Below are positions 63,625 to 64,000 of a stretch of DNA of 64,000 nt, piece by piece. The translations under genes and the position numbers were made by a program. This DNA is from Saccostrea echinata (lineage: Eukaryota), in contig NW_026889803.1 of NCBI RefSeq assembly GCF_033153115.1, forward strand, positions 62,000,001 through 62,064,000, in the 5' to 3' direction. Below the pieces are notes generated by a model that did not search any database, was not told the DNA's origin, and was given only the letters and a program-made list of their open reading frames with translations. How positions within the stretch are numbered: position 1 is the stretch's first letter; each line of letters opens with the position of its first letter.

Positions 63625-63960
63625 CATGCACAAACCAAAATAGTCAAAATTGACCATTGTGCACACAACAAAATAGTCAAAATTGACAATTGCGCAAACA
63701 CCAAAATAGTCAAAACTGCCCATTGTGTACACACCAAAATGGTCAAAATTGACCATAGTGCATACACCAAAATAGTCGTAATTGACCTTTTTGCACACAT
63801 CGAAATAGTCAAACTTGACCATTATATACACACACCAAAATAGTCAAAATTGTGTACCAGGTACACACCAAAATAGTCAAAATTGACCACTGTGTACACA
63901 CTAAAATAGTCAAAATTTTGCACGTACCAAAATAGTCAAAATTGACCACTGTGCACACAA
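63625..63960. repeat. ~33-bp minisatellite, about 10 copies
   Basis: caccaaaatagtcaaaattgaccattgtgcaca. Confidence 0.9.
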
Positions 63961-64000
63961 CTGTTCTGTGCATGGGTTCATTTTATGAAAGTATATTTTC

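Noticed and set aside
63606-63831. Repetitive ORFs on the minus strand
   Set aside because: They arise from a 33-bp minisatellite whose period is divisible by 3; no splice or homology support.

Overview
AT-rich eukaryotic genomic DNA with short GT-AG exons and dense repeats; the repeat landscape looks like a bivalve, probably an oyster (inference). I reconstructed four spliced genes by hand, all with consistent exon phases: the 3' part of MTO1 (+, 9 exons, 1171-16958), CUEDC1 (+, 10 coding exons, 25672-31190, 578 aa), NOL10 (-, 2 exons, 37556-40734, 678 aa), and an erythroferrone/adipolin (FAM132)-like secreted C1q/TNF protein (+, 8 exons, 47117-62697, 319 aa). The rest is Helentron-like non-autonomous elements, hAT/MULE/Tc1-like MITEs (several nested), decayed Penelope-like retroelements and minisatellites, plus two assembly gaps. 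Three observations stand out. (1) At least four MTO1 splice junctions are tandemly copied into 40-56 bp repeats that carry the splice site and the exon edge. (2) A perfect 58-bp inverted repeat upstream of NOL10 encodes a minimal type I hammerhead ribozyme on both strands. (3) A 25 x 68-bp satellite derives from the conserved 3' tail of a Penelope-like element.
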